From positions 1 to 35,224 of the IMG/VR virus record IMGVR_UViG_3300032605_002490: 35,224 bases of DNA. One strand, given 5' to 3'. Under the pieces are notes generated by a model. The model was not told the origin of the DNA. It saw only the letters and a program-made list of their open reading frames with translations, and made no database searches. This DNA comes from a virus (Duplodnaviria; Caudoviricetes). Shown here piece after piece: positions 17,565 through 27,500 of the stretch (position 1 is the stretch's first letter; every line of letters begins with the position of its first letter). The position numbers were made by a program, and so were the translations under genes.

Positions 17565-17791
17565 AGCCGGGGCAGACGGCTTCGCGCGTGTTTGCCCTGG
17601 CGCGAGAAACGGGCTGGCCGCGGGATTTTATTCTCTGGGAATTGGCCCTGAGTGAGGCACTCCAATACAACCATTGCGCGCTGAGGGCGATGAATTGCTG
17701 GACGGTAAAGCCGATGCGGGATGGGAAAGCGCAGATTGAACATTTGGAGGACGTTTTAGCCCGTGATTTTGACGAGGAAGGAGTTGAATGA
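17552..17791 (+). CDS. -1 frameshift extension (gpT-like) of the chaperone
   Basis: -1 frame is open from the heptamer: KLLEPGQTASRVFALARETGWPRDFILWEL... Confidence 0.65.
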   Translation, partial: PKLLEPGQTASRVFALARETGWPRDFILWELALSEALQYNHCALRAMNCWTVKPMRDGKAQIEHLEDVLARDFDEEGVE

Positions 17792-18441
17792 GCGCAGACC
17801 TGAAAATAGACGATAAAGCCTTCGTAAAGGCGCTCAAGGCGTTTGCCGCCGGTTCCCGCAAAAGCAATGAAGCGGTGATCAAAAATCAGGCGCGGCTTTT
17901 CGTGAACGACGTCATTCTGATCACGCCGCCGAACCAGAACTACAAGCAGCAGCGGAAACTTGGTGAAAAAGCCATCGCGGGCGACATCAAAAAGATCATG
18001 CGCGGTGCCCGCTCCGGCACGAAGTCGGCAATCGCCGATCCGGCGAAGCTGCACAAGAAATACCGTGGGCGTGACGGACGCGTGAGCATCACACTCCCGT
18101 ATGCTGAGAAATTCCGCGTCGTCGATTTACAGGCATACATCAAAAGCGTTATTGCGCGTGTTGGCATCCTTGCGAGCGGATGGAACGCAGCCGGAAAAAA
18201 GCTCGGATGCAAAGTGCCCGACTGGGCGGCCAGGCACGGAACTGGGGGCGGACGGATTTCGATGAGTTTCACTCTTGCGCAATGCAAAATCACAATTACC
18301 AACGCGATCCGATTCGCAGGCGAGGTCAAAGACTTGACCCGGCGCGTACAGGCTGCGCTTGACAAGCGGGCGGGAGCAATGGACCGACAGTTGAAAAATC
18401 AACAGGAGCGCGCAGCCAAGGCTGCTGGATTCCGGCGATGA
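17788..18441 (+). CDS. Basic virion morphogenesis/tail component protein
   Basis: 217 aa Lys/Arg-rich, G.LASGW and ITNAI.FA motifs reminiscent of HK97 gp10-like proteins. Confidence 0.45.
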   Translation: MSADLKIDDKAFVKALKAFAAGSRKSNEAVIKNQARLFVNDVILITPPNQNYKQQRKLGEKAIAGDIKKIMRGARSGTKSAIADPAKLHKKYRGRDGRVSITLPYAEKFRVVDLQAYIKSVIARVGILASGWNAAGKKLGCKVPDWAARHGTGGGRISMSFTLAQCKITITNAIRFAGEVKDLTRRVQAALDKRAGAMDRQLKNQQERAAKAAGFRR

Positions 18442-20042
18442 GCAACATCATCTCGGAATTGATTCTCAAGACAGGGCTGTTCAGCGGCGGCGTCAAAAGC
18501 GCGCAGAACAGTCTCAAGGAATTGCACAGTTCGGTCATTGGCACCAAGGAAATTGTCGCGGGGGCATTCGCGGCCATTAGCTCGTCAGCGGTAGTTATCG
18601 GACTCAAAAAAGCATTCGATGTCGGCAACGAACTGAACAATCTCTCAAACGCCACCGGCGGCACTGTCAAGGATCTCAGGGTGCTGAAGCAGGCATTCGA
18701 GGAAAACGGCATTGAGGCCGAAAAAGTCGGGCCGTCCGTCGCCAAACTCCGCAAGGCGATTGTCAGCGCGGCGTCCACCGGCGATGGCGAAGCATTCCGC
18801 AAGCTCGGAGTGAACGTGAAAGCGCTCGGCAACATGAGCGCCACCGAGCAGGTGAAAACCATCGGCGATGCGCTTATGCGGATTCAGAACCCGACCGAAC
18901 GCAGCGCGTATGCGATGCAGCTATTTGGGCGCAACGGCCAGGCGATGTTGTCGATGTTCGCCAACTCGGGAGCGATGGACGAGGCGGCAAAGATGATCGG
19001 CAACCAGGCGCAGATTCTTGACGACAACTCGGCGATTTTTCACGACATCACCACCAAGCTTAACGCGGTTGGCGTCAAGCTCCAGGGCTTCTTCGTCGGC
19101 ATGGCGGCGGAGATTGCGCCCGCCATCAAACCGTTGATGGACGCTTTCGCGGCGATGGACTTCTCGAAAATTGGAGAACAGATCGGCGATGTGATTGCGT
19201 TCATGGTCACTGCGTTTAGTTCGGGGAATATTGGCACCATCCTGGGCGACTCGATCATTATCTCGTTTGAAAACGCGGTGAATTTTCTGGAGGCGGCGCT
19301 CATCGGCTGCGTTTACGCATTCGGGCAATACATCATCGAATGTTTCAAGAACGCCATCACTGTTTTTCAAATCGCGACCACGGCGGATTTCTGGGTAGGA
19401 CTCGGCGACAGCATCATGGGCATTGCAGAAGGCTTCATCGCCTTCCTTCTGGATGGCATCGCGCTCCTGCTGGAAAAAATGAAGGGTATTCCGCTCGTTG
19501 GTGAGAAGATTGGCAAGGGGGCTCAGGCGATCAGCGTTGAAGCAAACAAGATCAGGGAACGTGGGCAGAAAAACCGGGACGCGGGTGCCGACAGGCTCTC
19601 GCCTGCCGTGGACGCGATTAAGCAGCGGGCGAGCGATGCTTTGAAAAATATCGGCGATGCCTTCGCCAAAGGTTATGCATCCGCGCCGAAGGTGTTCGAC
19701 ACCGCCGACCGGGAGAAAGAAATGGGGGACGCCATTGACTCCACCTACGCCGCCATGGAAGCAAACAAGGCTGCGGCGGACAAATACGAGCAGGAACACA
19801 AGCCCGGCCAGCAAGAACCTACTGACGACATGACTGAAGAGCCGAAACGCAAGATGGGCGCGGCGTTTGTCCAGAGCCTTTACAAAATCGGCGGGGGCGG
19901 CGTTTCCGTTGGCGGCGGTTCAGTCGATCCGGTTCTCCAGGAAAACCGCAGACACACCTCGCTTCTTCAAACCATCGCGCGCAACACGGCCCCTAAAACC
20001 GGCGGGCTGAATTGCACCCCACTCACCGCAGCATTCGCATGA
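18438..20042 (+). CDS. Tape measure protein (short)
   Basis: Ala-rich helical; AFRKLGV, ERSAYAMQLFGRNG; central hydrophobic stretch. Confidence 0.8.
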   Translation: MSNIISELILKTGLFSGGVKSAQNSLKELHSSVIGTKEIVAGAFAAISSSAVVIGLKKAFDVGNELNNLSNATGGTVKDLRVLKQAFEENGIEAEKVGPSVAKLRKAIVSAASTGDGEAFRKLGVNVKALGNMSATEQVKTIGDALMRIQNPTERSAYAMQLFGRNGQAMLSMFANSGAMDEAAKMIGNQAQILDDNSAIFHDITTKLNAVGVKLQGFFVGMAAEIAPAIKPLMDAFAAMDFSKIGEQIGDVIAFMVTAFSSGNIGTILGDSIIISFENAVNFLEAALIGCVYAFGQYIIECFKNAITVFQIATTADFWVGLGDSIMGIAEGFIAFLLDGIALLLEKMKGIPLVGEKIGKGAQAISVEANKIRERGQKNRDAGADRLSPAVDAIKQRASDALKNIGDAFAKGYASAPKVFDTADREKEMGDAIDSTYAAMEANKAAADKYEQEHKPGQQEPTDDMTEEPKRKMGAAFVQSLYKIGGGGVSVGGGSVDPVLQENRRHTSLLQTIARNTAPKTGGLNCTPLTAAFA

Positions 20043-20686
20043 CCGATCCCGTTCAAAGCGCAGAGTCAATCGCATGGACGCCCCAGCAGGGCGAGGAAAC
20101 CTCCTATACCGTGGAGAGTTTCCAAGCGTATCCCGATGTTCCATCTGGCGCGAAGAATATTCAGAAAACCCACGAGGACGGCAAGTATGTGCTGCATTAC
20201 ACGCTGCTCACTGGTACTGCCGAAGCCACCTACACTGTTACTGGTAGCACCAGTCAGGAACCGATTGGCACGCACCCGATGTTTGGCCCCGACGGGGATT
20301 ACACTATCGAGGCAGATGAATGGAAGAAATGGAAACTTTGGGAAGCCGATCCCAAAGACCTGGAATTGGGCGGATGGAAACCGGACTGCGACGATGCCAG
20401 CGATGGGATGAAAAAGTATTACGCTTACCGGAACCGGGGAGTGGACGATTATCTCCTCGGCACCGTCACTATGCGCGTGACCCAGGAAGGCCAGGCAGAA
20501 CCAAGTATGGACGGCATCGGACGCATTCAAACTCCGCCGGGTGCTCCATCATTGCCAGATAACCGGAACTGGCTCCTTGTCGGTGTGGATGGTGAAAAGG
20601 TTGGCACATCGTCGTGGAAAGTCACCTGTGAATACCGAGCGAGCGGCGCGGGCGGTTGGGATCCGGAAATTTACAGCAAGGCATAA
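20039..20686 (+). CDS. Putative tail tip/hub protein
   Basis: ATGA-coupled to tape measure; EPIGTHP and GW.PEIY motifs; positional call. Confidence 0.45.
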   Translation: MTDPVQSAESIAWTPQQGEETSYTVESFQAYPDVPSGAKNIQKTHEDGKYVLHYTLLTGTAEATYTVTGSTSQEPIGTHPMFGPDGDYTIEADEWKKWKLWEADPKDLELGGWKPDCDDASDGMKKYYAYRNRGVDDYLLGTVTMRVTQEGQAEPSMDGIGRIQTPPGAPSLPDNRNWLLVGVDGEKVGTSSWKVTCEYRASGAGGWDPEIYSKA

Positions 20687-20689
20687 CGC

Positions 20690-23293
20690 ATGGCGCTTCC
20701 TTCCAAAGTTAAGCCGGGCGATCCGATCAAGGCCAGCGATTGGAACGCGCTAATTGATTTCGTTCGCGCGGCCCAAGTCAATCCCGGTAGCGGTGTCCGT
20801 GTTACCCGCACCCCGAGCGGCACCACGCTTGCCGTGGATAAAACACCGCAACGGAATGTTACCTTGCCACGCTTTCCATTTCAGGTCATTCAGGTTTCCG
20901 GGGGAGATAAGGATACCGGCGATAGCCCCACCATTGGCGTGATTTCAGACAGCCATGTCATCAATGCTGCTGATAAGGATGCTTACGAAGAGGACAATTC
21001 GGAGTGGGGTTTATTAAACGACGATGAAACCGATGGGGATTTTGATCTTCCCGCCATTGGCGATAAAATCTGGCTTCAGTTTACGTTTGATCAAGATCAG
21101 AACCTGACATCAATCGACCTGATGTATGGCTCCGTGGGTGGCGATGACTGGCAGTATTACCCCGACCCAATCGAGATCAATACCGACGGCGATCCGTATC
21201 AGGAATATTACCACCAGATCGTTGCGGAAGCGACCGACCCGGAGAACGATCCGCGCGTCGGATTGATTATCGAAGATAACGACGGCACTCGGGTTAAAAT
21301 CGTCCAGATTCTCAAAACCAATCTCATCATTTTACCCGCCGTCACCACGCAGGATGCTGACGAGCCTGGATTGGATATTATGGTGGCGATTCCATCAAAT
21401 GCGCCTGCGACGGCAGATGATGGCAGTGGAGATGAAATCAATGAAGAGACGGATGTAAAAACACCGTGGGAGTTTGCATCTTCGGAAGATGAGTTTCCGT
21501 TCAAGGTAAAAATCCGCAGCAACCCGGATAATCCAGATGAGCAGGAATTCGGTGTGACCTACAATTCCTTGTTGCTCGCTTCGCCGGATCACGAGGACAA
21601 CGTGGAGATTTCCGGTTTGATAGACGGCGATGACGGTTGGGTGACATGGAATGGCGAGGATGATCTCGTATGGCTGGAGATCGAGTGGGACGATTGGCCT
21701 GACAGTTACACCGCGAGCATCAAATCTTATAGCAACGGAGATGATTTCGGCGATGGCGAGGTTGAATCGGATGGCGACGATCCACCCACGCAGACGCATG
21801 CCCGAATCGTCATTGCGGAGATCACGGCAGACAAGGATGGCAACCCCATCATTGACCAACGCGTGCGCACCCATTTGCAAATGGTCGGTGCAATGGAGGA
21901 GGATGGAAACGGAGTGGTAATAGACTGTATGGTTCCAACAGCCTACCCTTCTGCTGACGTTTTACCGGAGTGGATGCAAGGGGATGGCAATTTCGATGAT
22001 GGTTACAATGTATGGTTTGGAAGCGGAACCGCGTCATTTGTGGGAGAAGATGCTGCACCGATTGGCTGGTTGGAGATTGAAGTTCAAGACCCGAACGACG
22101 ATACCGCGAGCGCGATGTCCCTGCTGGTTGGCGACGATGACCAGTCCAACGATATGCTCTGCTTTACCTACACCGGAGATGCAGGGCAGAACGAAGTTTA
22201 CATCCAATGGGCGGACTACCCTATCATCCTTTTATGCGATGATGGTGAGGATGAGGATAATGCCAATCAGGTGAACCTGAACATCGAGGATGGCCCTGAA
22301 GTTTATCTTCAGGACGGCACTGGTAACGAGATTACCGTGAACATCAACGACATGCCTGCCATCCAGCTTGATGACACTGAGGATCACACAGGCAATCAGG
22401 TTAGCCTCACTTTGGATGATGGTCCTCAAGTATTGCTGACCGATGATGATTCCAGCGGGAACAGCATCGACATCAACATCACGGACATGCCAATTGTGCA
22501 GTTGCAGGATGATTCCAGCAACGAAGTGAACATGAACCTGTCTGATGGGCCGGAAGTCTATCTGACTGATGGCACTGCCAGTATCAGCCTCAACATTGCA
22601 GACATGCCGGAGTTGTTACTGGATGACGGTGAGGGCAATAGTCTAAGCATCAATCTCGACAACGGGCCGGGATTTGATCTGAAGAATGATAGCAATGACA
22701 CTTCCTCTTGGTATGCCGACAGTATCGAGTTTGATGACGATGATGGCAACAAGACGGTGATGGATTCCAACAGTTTCACCATCACCAGTTCGGGTGGAGA
22801 CGTGACAGCACTTACTGATGGCGACCTGCAAATGCCCAAGGACGGCACTATCGAGATTGGCGATGAAGGCTCAATCACTGTCGGAAAGTCCGTGCTATCC
22901 GATGGTGATCTTGACCTTGGCGACGATGGCACGATTGAGATTGGTGACAGCGGTTCGATCACCGTGGGCAGTGCTGTTCTCTCGGACGGCGACCTTGATT
23001 TGGGAGCGAGTGGTTCGCTGGAGACGGATACTATTGATACCACCGGGGACGTTACCATTGGCGGCGATCTGGATATTACCGGGGATTTTGATGTTTCAGG
23101 CGATGGAAGCATCAGCGGCGATTTGGACGTAAGCGGCGACATCACGTGCTCCTCCCTTTCAGCCGACAGCATCTCCTATGGGGGTGAAGAATTGGACAGC
23201 TACATTGACGATTCAATCCGCACGGCGCTCGACAGCCTCTCTGCATCCATCGACTGCGATTCCATGACCGTCACCTTCAGCTACAGCTATTGA
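20690..23293 (+). CDS. Hyper-acidic repetitive tail protein (spike/tip-like)
   Basis: N-terminal PGDPIKASDWNALID...GVRVTRTPSGTTL; Asp/Glu-dominated body; beta-helix-like C-terminal GDL repeats. Confidence 0.6.
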   Translation: MALPSKVKPGDPIKASDWNALIDFVRAAQVNPGSGVRVTRTPSGTTLAVDKTPQRNVTLPRFPFQVIQVSGGDKDTGDSPTIGVISDSHVINAADKDAYEEDNSEWGLLNDDETDGDFDLPAIGDKIWLQFTFDQDQNLTSIDLMYGSVGGDDWQYYPDPIEINTDGDPYQEYYHQIVAEATDPENDPRVGLIIEDNDGTRVKIVQILKTNLIILPAVTTQDADEPGLDIMVAIPSNAPATADDGSGDEINEETDVKTPWEFASSEDEFPFKVKIRSNPDNPDEQEFGVTYNSLLLASPDHEDNVEISGLIDGDDGWVTWNGEDDLVWLEIEWDDWPDSYTASIKSYSNGDDFGDGEVESDGDDPPTQTHARIVIAEITADKDGNPIIDQRVRTHLQMVGAMEEDGNGVVIDCMVPTAYPSADVLPEWMQGDGNFDDGYNVWFGSGTASFVGEDAAPIGWLEIEVQDPNDDTASAMSLLVGDDDQSNDMLCFTYTGDAGQNEVYIQWADYPIILLCDDGEDEDNANQVNLNIEDGPEVYLQDGTGNEITVNINDMPAIQLDDTEDHTGNQVSLTLDDGPQVLLTDDDSSGNSIDINITDMPIVQLQDDSSNEVNMNLSDGPEVYLTDGTASISLNIADMPELLLDDGEGNSLSINLDNGPGFDLKNDSNDTSSWYADSIEFDDDDGNKTVMDSNSFTITSSGGDVTALTDGDLQMPKDGTIEIGDEGSITVGKSVLSDGDLDLGDDGTIEIGDSGSITVGSAVLSDGDLDLGASGSLETDTIDTTGDVTIGGDLDITGDFDVSGDGSISGDLDVSGDITCSSLSADSISYGGEELDSYIDDSIRTALDSLSASIDCDSMTVTFSYSY
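22266..23140 (+). repeat. Coding repeats in the acidic protein
   Basis: Seven ~20-aa N-x-x-x-x-x-x-D(G/M)P-x-x-x-L-x-D units, two and a half 28-aa DGDL..DGTIEIGD.GSITVG..VLS units, then 6-residue GD repeats. Confidence 0.8.
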
Positions 23294-23294
23294 T

Positions 23295-23516
23295 ATGGGC
23301 GTTATTCAAACAGTGGATTTGCCCGAGGATTGCGGTTGCTGCGAATGCCAGGGGAGCGAGCATGGCAATACACCGGGGTGCTGCGCATCAAAAGGCTGCT
23401 GCCCCGGTGAAGACGGGCATCGGTGCGGCAGTTACGATGATGGCACGGGTTGCTGCTGTTGTCCCGCATGGGAAGCGCCTGCGGGCGAGAATTGCGATTG
23501 CGTCTATGTGGGGTGA
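23295..23516 (+). CDS. Cys-rich small protein (metallothionein-like composition)
   Basis: 73 aa with 15 Cys; ATG 1 nt after upstream stop and stop 4 nt before next ATG. Confidence 0.65.
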   Translation: MGVIQTVDLPEDCGCCECQGSEHGNTPGCCASKGCCPGEDGHRCGSYDDGTGCCCCPAWEAPAGENCDCVYVG

Positions 23517-23520
23517 GTGC

Positions 23521-24015
23521 ATGAACTCAGAAAAGCTCGATAAGATAAAATATGCTCTTACGCTTCGGGCTTCGCAGATTCCCGATGTGCGGGAAAAAAT
23601 GCGTTCGCTTTGTGGTTGCCTGCCGGAACGCGCCACCATGCGCGAGGATTTCGCCGCGTGCGGCCACGGAAACCTGCTTTCATTCTGGGAACGCATGGTC
23701 GCGTTACTCCCGGATGCTACCGCGCTCGCGGACGCTGTGTGGGCTGATTATGAGCGGCATATCGAAGAACTGAAAAAGCAGGAACCGCCGCTTCCCACCC
23801 TCGGCGAAATGGCCGCAAACTTTGGCGGGGCTGTGCTCCGCGATTTGAAAGCAGGCCGTCCCCGGCGTTCCCCTGATCAGGTGGAAGCGATTTTGACAAT
23901 CTGCCGCGAGTGCGAGCATTGGCGAGCCGAAGACCAGCGCTGTGGCAAGTGCGGTTGCTGGATTCGCAAGAAAGCTTCGTGGGCGCAGGAACACTGCAAG
24001 CTCGGCAAATGGTGA
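23521..24015 (+). CDS. Phage protein with C-terminal Cys cluster (DUF6171-like)
   Basis: ICRECEHW....RCGKCGCW...K......CKLGKW; start taken at MNSEK. Confidence 0.7.
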   Translation: MNSEKLDKIKYALTLRASQIPDVREKMRSLCGCLPERATMREDFAACGHGNLLSFWERMVALLPDATALADAVWADYERHIEELKKQEPPLPTLGEMAANFGGAVLRDLKAGRPRRSPDQVEAILTICRECEHWRAEDQRCGKCGCWIRKKASWAQEHCKLGKW

Positions 24016-24019
24016 ATTT

Positions 24020-24247
24020 ATGAAACAGATTATTCTTCAGGCAACCCGAAAGCAGTATGACGATCTCGTGAAATTCCTGGATCGGCGTTGCACGATCAGA
24101 ACAGACGAGATCGCGGATTTTCAGAGCGTACGCGTCATGTTGCGAACGGCAAGAGTGGTTGACATCGCCGATACCAGCGAGAAGCGCACGCTTACCAAAC
24201 GGCTTGCAAGTAAGCCAGCGGAAGCCGTGCCGACCCCTGAATCCTGA
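24020..24247 (+). CDS. Hypothetical protein
   Basis: Tightly packed ORF starting MKQIIL. Confidence 0.55.
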   Translation: MKQIILQATRKQYDDLVKFLDRRCTIRTDEIADFQSVRVMLRTARVVDIADTSEKRTLTKRLASKPAEAVPTPES

Positions 24248-24252
24248 TTCCT

Positions 24253-24549
24253 ATGTCTGAAATTTCCATGCTTCCCTCGGACGCCCAAAAGGCGGCAGCC
24301 AAAATTGATTCCGCGCTGAACCGCGGCGTCAACATGCTCAACCTCATGATTTCCCAAATCGAGGACACGCTCAATAAAAGCGTGGACGCGAACAAGAAAT
24401 CGATTGCCAGCGCCGACATCATCGCAGCGGGCGGAGATCGTTACGTGAATCTGCTCAATATGATCGCCAGCGCGAAAGCCACGGTCAATTTCATTGATCC
24501 TGGCACTTATCCGACGCCGCAGCCGTTGACACAAACCCCTTCGGCGTGA
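24253..24549 (+). CDS. Hypothetical protein
   Basis: 98 aa helical ORF; GTGA overlap with fibre gene. Confidence 0.6.
   Translation: MSEISMLPSDAQKAAAKIDSALNRGVNMLNLMISQIEDTLNKSVDANKKSIASADIIAAGGDRYVNLLNMIASAKATVNFIDPGTYPTPQPLTQTPSA
24525..24545 (+). promoter_or_regulatory. GTTGAC-N15-start motif upstream of tail fibre
   Basis: GTTGACACAAACCCCTTCGGC|GTG(24546), inside the upstream CDS. Confidence 0.65.
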
Positions 24550-27500
24550 AGATCACCGTAAGCCTCGATTCACAAGCCGTCATTGTCCAGCCCACGCCGT
24601 TGCGGATCAAGGCTGGGGCGTTTGTTCCGGTCGCCATTGCGTTCACCCGCGCCGCGCAGACTGTGACGCTTCCGCAGGGCGCAGCCATTGAGTTTGCTCT
24701 CAAACCTCGGAACCAATGGACAGGCGGGCTGCTGGCGTATCTGAATTCTTTCGAAGTAACCGCCGGTAACATCTATAACGGGACGCTCAACTGCTCCTCC
24801 AGTTCTTTGCTTAGCGCATTGGGTCTGAACGACTCGACGCCGCTGAACGATCTTCCCCAACTTGAGGCGAGCGGCGAGGTGACATGGAGCGTTGGTAACC
24901 AGAAGTTCCGCTCCAGCACGTTTCCGGTGATCATCGAAACGCCGATTACGGACGATAACCCGATTCCCTCGCCCGACCCTGAGCTTTATCCCGCTCCGGG
25001 CACAATCGCGCTCAAAAGCGATATTCCCACGCTGCCCGATCTGACTCCCTATGCCCTCAAGAGCGAGATTCCGGCTGTTGGCACTGCCTCGAAGCTGGAT
25101 GCAGGAGTGGCGGACGGAGCGGCCACACTGGATACCGGTGGAAAACTCGTCCAAGCGCAGATTCCAGATTCCGTTGCGCTTAAAAGCGAACTGCCAGTCG
25201 TGGGCACCGCTGCAAAATTGGATGAGGGAGTGCCAAATGGAGCAGCCACGCTGGATGCTGGTGGAAAACTTGTCCAAGGCCAGGTTCCAGATGCAGTCGC
25301 ACTCAAGACCGAACTCCCAGCCTTTGCCTCGACTACCGAGGCAGCGGTTGGCACTCGCGCCGATGTGGTGATGAGTCCGCTGGACGTGGCTGCATGGTTC
25401 GATGCCAAGCTGCCAGGCAATGCAGGGCTTGCCCTTTTGGGAAACGATTCGTGGGGCTTGCCCGATCTTTCCAGTTATTCCGGCAGGCTTGCAGGGGATG
25501 GCACCAGCATTTCCGGCGTTTCTGCCATCGGATTGATCAGCCCGCTCGGGCTGCAATTTTACGACAGCGGCGCCGGAATGTGGGTTTCCAGCGCCACACT
25601 GCAAGCGCCAGGCATAAACGGTCCTTACGGTGCGAATTTTTCTGACAACTTCGGAACGTGGCTTTTTGTGAACGGCATTCAGGCTCCGTGGTTCTCCGGC
25701 GACGGCACAAACCTTTCCAATCTCACCGCATTCCAACTGATCAGTCCCTGGGGATACTCGATTTATGATTCGGGCTGTGGTAATTGGCAGGTGGATGGAA
25801 ATCTGAACGCAAACTCGTTCTTTGGCTGTTTCAGCGGCGATGGATCGAACCTTTCTAATCTCACGGCCTTTCAATTGAACAGCCCTTACGGGAATGCGCT
25901 CTTTGATTCAGGCGGTGGCGAGTGGCAGGTCAATGGCGACCTGAATGCAAATGGATTCTATGGCAATTTCAACGGCGACGGCTCGAATCTCAATAACCTC
26001 ACCGCCCTCCAACTACTGAGTCCCTACGGAAATTCTATTTATGATTCCGGCTCCGGCAATTGGCAGATTGGCGGGAACGTCTATGCAAACACTTTCAACG
26101 GCGCATTCAGTGGCGATGGATCGAATCTCTCGAATGTCGCAGCGGTTCAGGTGACCAGCCCTTGGGGGTGTTCGATCTACGATGCAGGTTCTGGCAACTG
26201 GCAAGTCGATGGAGGCGTTGCGTCTGGGTGGTTCAGCGGCGATGGATCGAGTCTTTCAAATCTCACGGCATTTCAATTAAACAGCCCTTACGGTTACGGG
26301 ATTTATGATTCCGGCTGGGGCAATTGGCAAGTTGGCGGCGGCATGAGCGCAGGATGGTTCAACGGAAGTTTCGGCGGTGACGGTTCCGGGCTTTACAACA
26401 TCAATGCTAGCCAGTTGGACAGCCCCTACGGATATTCGATCTACGACTCCGGGTGGGGCAACTGGCAGGTGAATGGCTGGATGTACGGCTCCTTCATCGG
26501 TGACGGCGGCGGGCTCCAGAATGTCTTTGCCCAATATGCGTGTTGCGATCAGAATGGAAACGACATCGTGAATACCTATCCCCAGCAATGGGGATATTAC
26601 GGCAGCATGAGCGTCGGCGGCGCTGATTGGGCTAATGGCGCAAGCTCTTCCAATTATTCCAGCTACGCCAACGCGGACAATTGGGGATACCAACTTTACG
26701 GTGCGGGCAACATTCCCTGGAATTACTTCGGCGGCAGCCCAAATCCGGGAGACGTGGTGGCATTCGATGGAAATAACTGGACTCCATCGCTCGCATTTCC
26801 GACGCCAACTACGGTGTCCAATGCCGCGGCGCGGTATGCCACCAGCGGAATGCGTCCCGGCTGGCTCGTCAAACAACTCGATAACAGGACGGTTTATCAA
26901 GTGCTCGATCCAAACGACTGCGCCACGGAACTTGGCTGGGTTCCTGTTGGGCCATTTATCCTTGTCCCGGTCAACAGCACGCCGCTCACCATCGACAACC
27001 CTTCGCCCACGCTTGGCGCGACGATTCATTGTTCCCTTGGAACATGGAGCGATAATCCCACAGCCTACGCATATCAATGGTATAGAAACAGTTCTGCCAT
27101 CAGCGGAGCAATCGCCCTAACTTACACTGTGGTCGCTGCCGATGATGGAGCCAGCTTGCAATGCGTGGTGACCGCAACCAACGCAGCAGGAACAGGCACC
27201 GATAGCGCTTCCATCCAGGTGGTTGTGCTGACCGCTCCAACAAACACAGCTGCGCCTGCGATTTCTCCAGCAGGTGCGCCGAACATTGGCGATACACTCT
27301 CCCTAAGCGGCGGTTCATGGACAGGTTACGGCTATACAGTGTCATACCAGTGGAAACGCGGCGGAACGGCAATTCCAGGGGCAACGGGAGCAACTTACAC
27401 GCTCGGTGCCGCCGACGCAGGGCAGTCCATCACTTGTGCCGTCACTCGGACGAATATTCGCGGCTCTGCGTCAGTGACCACTGCGGCAACTGGCACGGTG

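Noticed and set aside
23290-23520. N-terminal extension of the 241-aa ORF from TTG 23290
   Set aside because: Overlaps the better-fitting Cys-rich ORF; ATG 23521 is the more plausible start
25488-26530. Possible CRISPR array or DGR template/variable repeats
   Set aside because: Repeats are in-frame, degenerate at codon level and lack unique spacers; no reverse transcriptase or cas gene in the window
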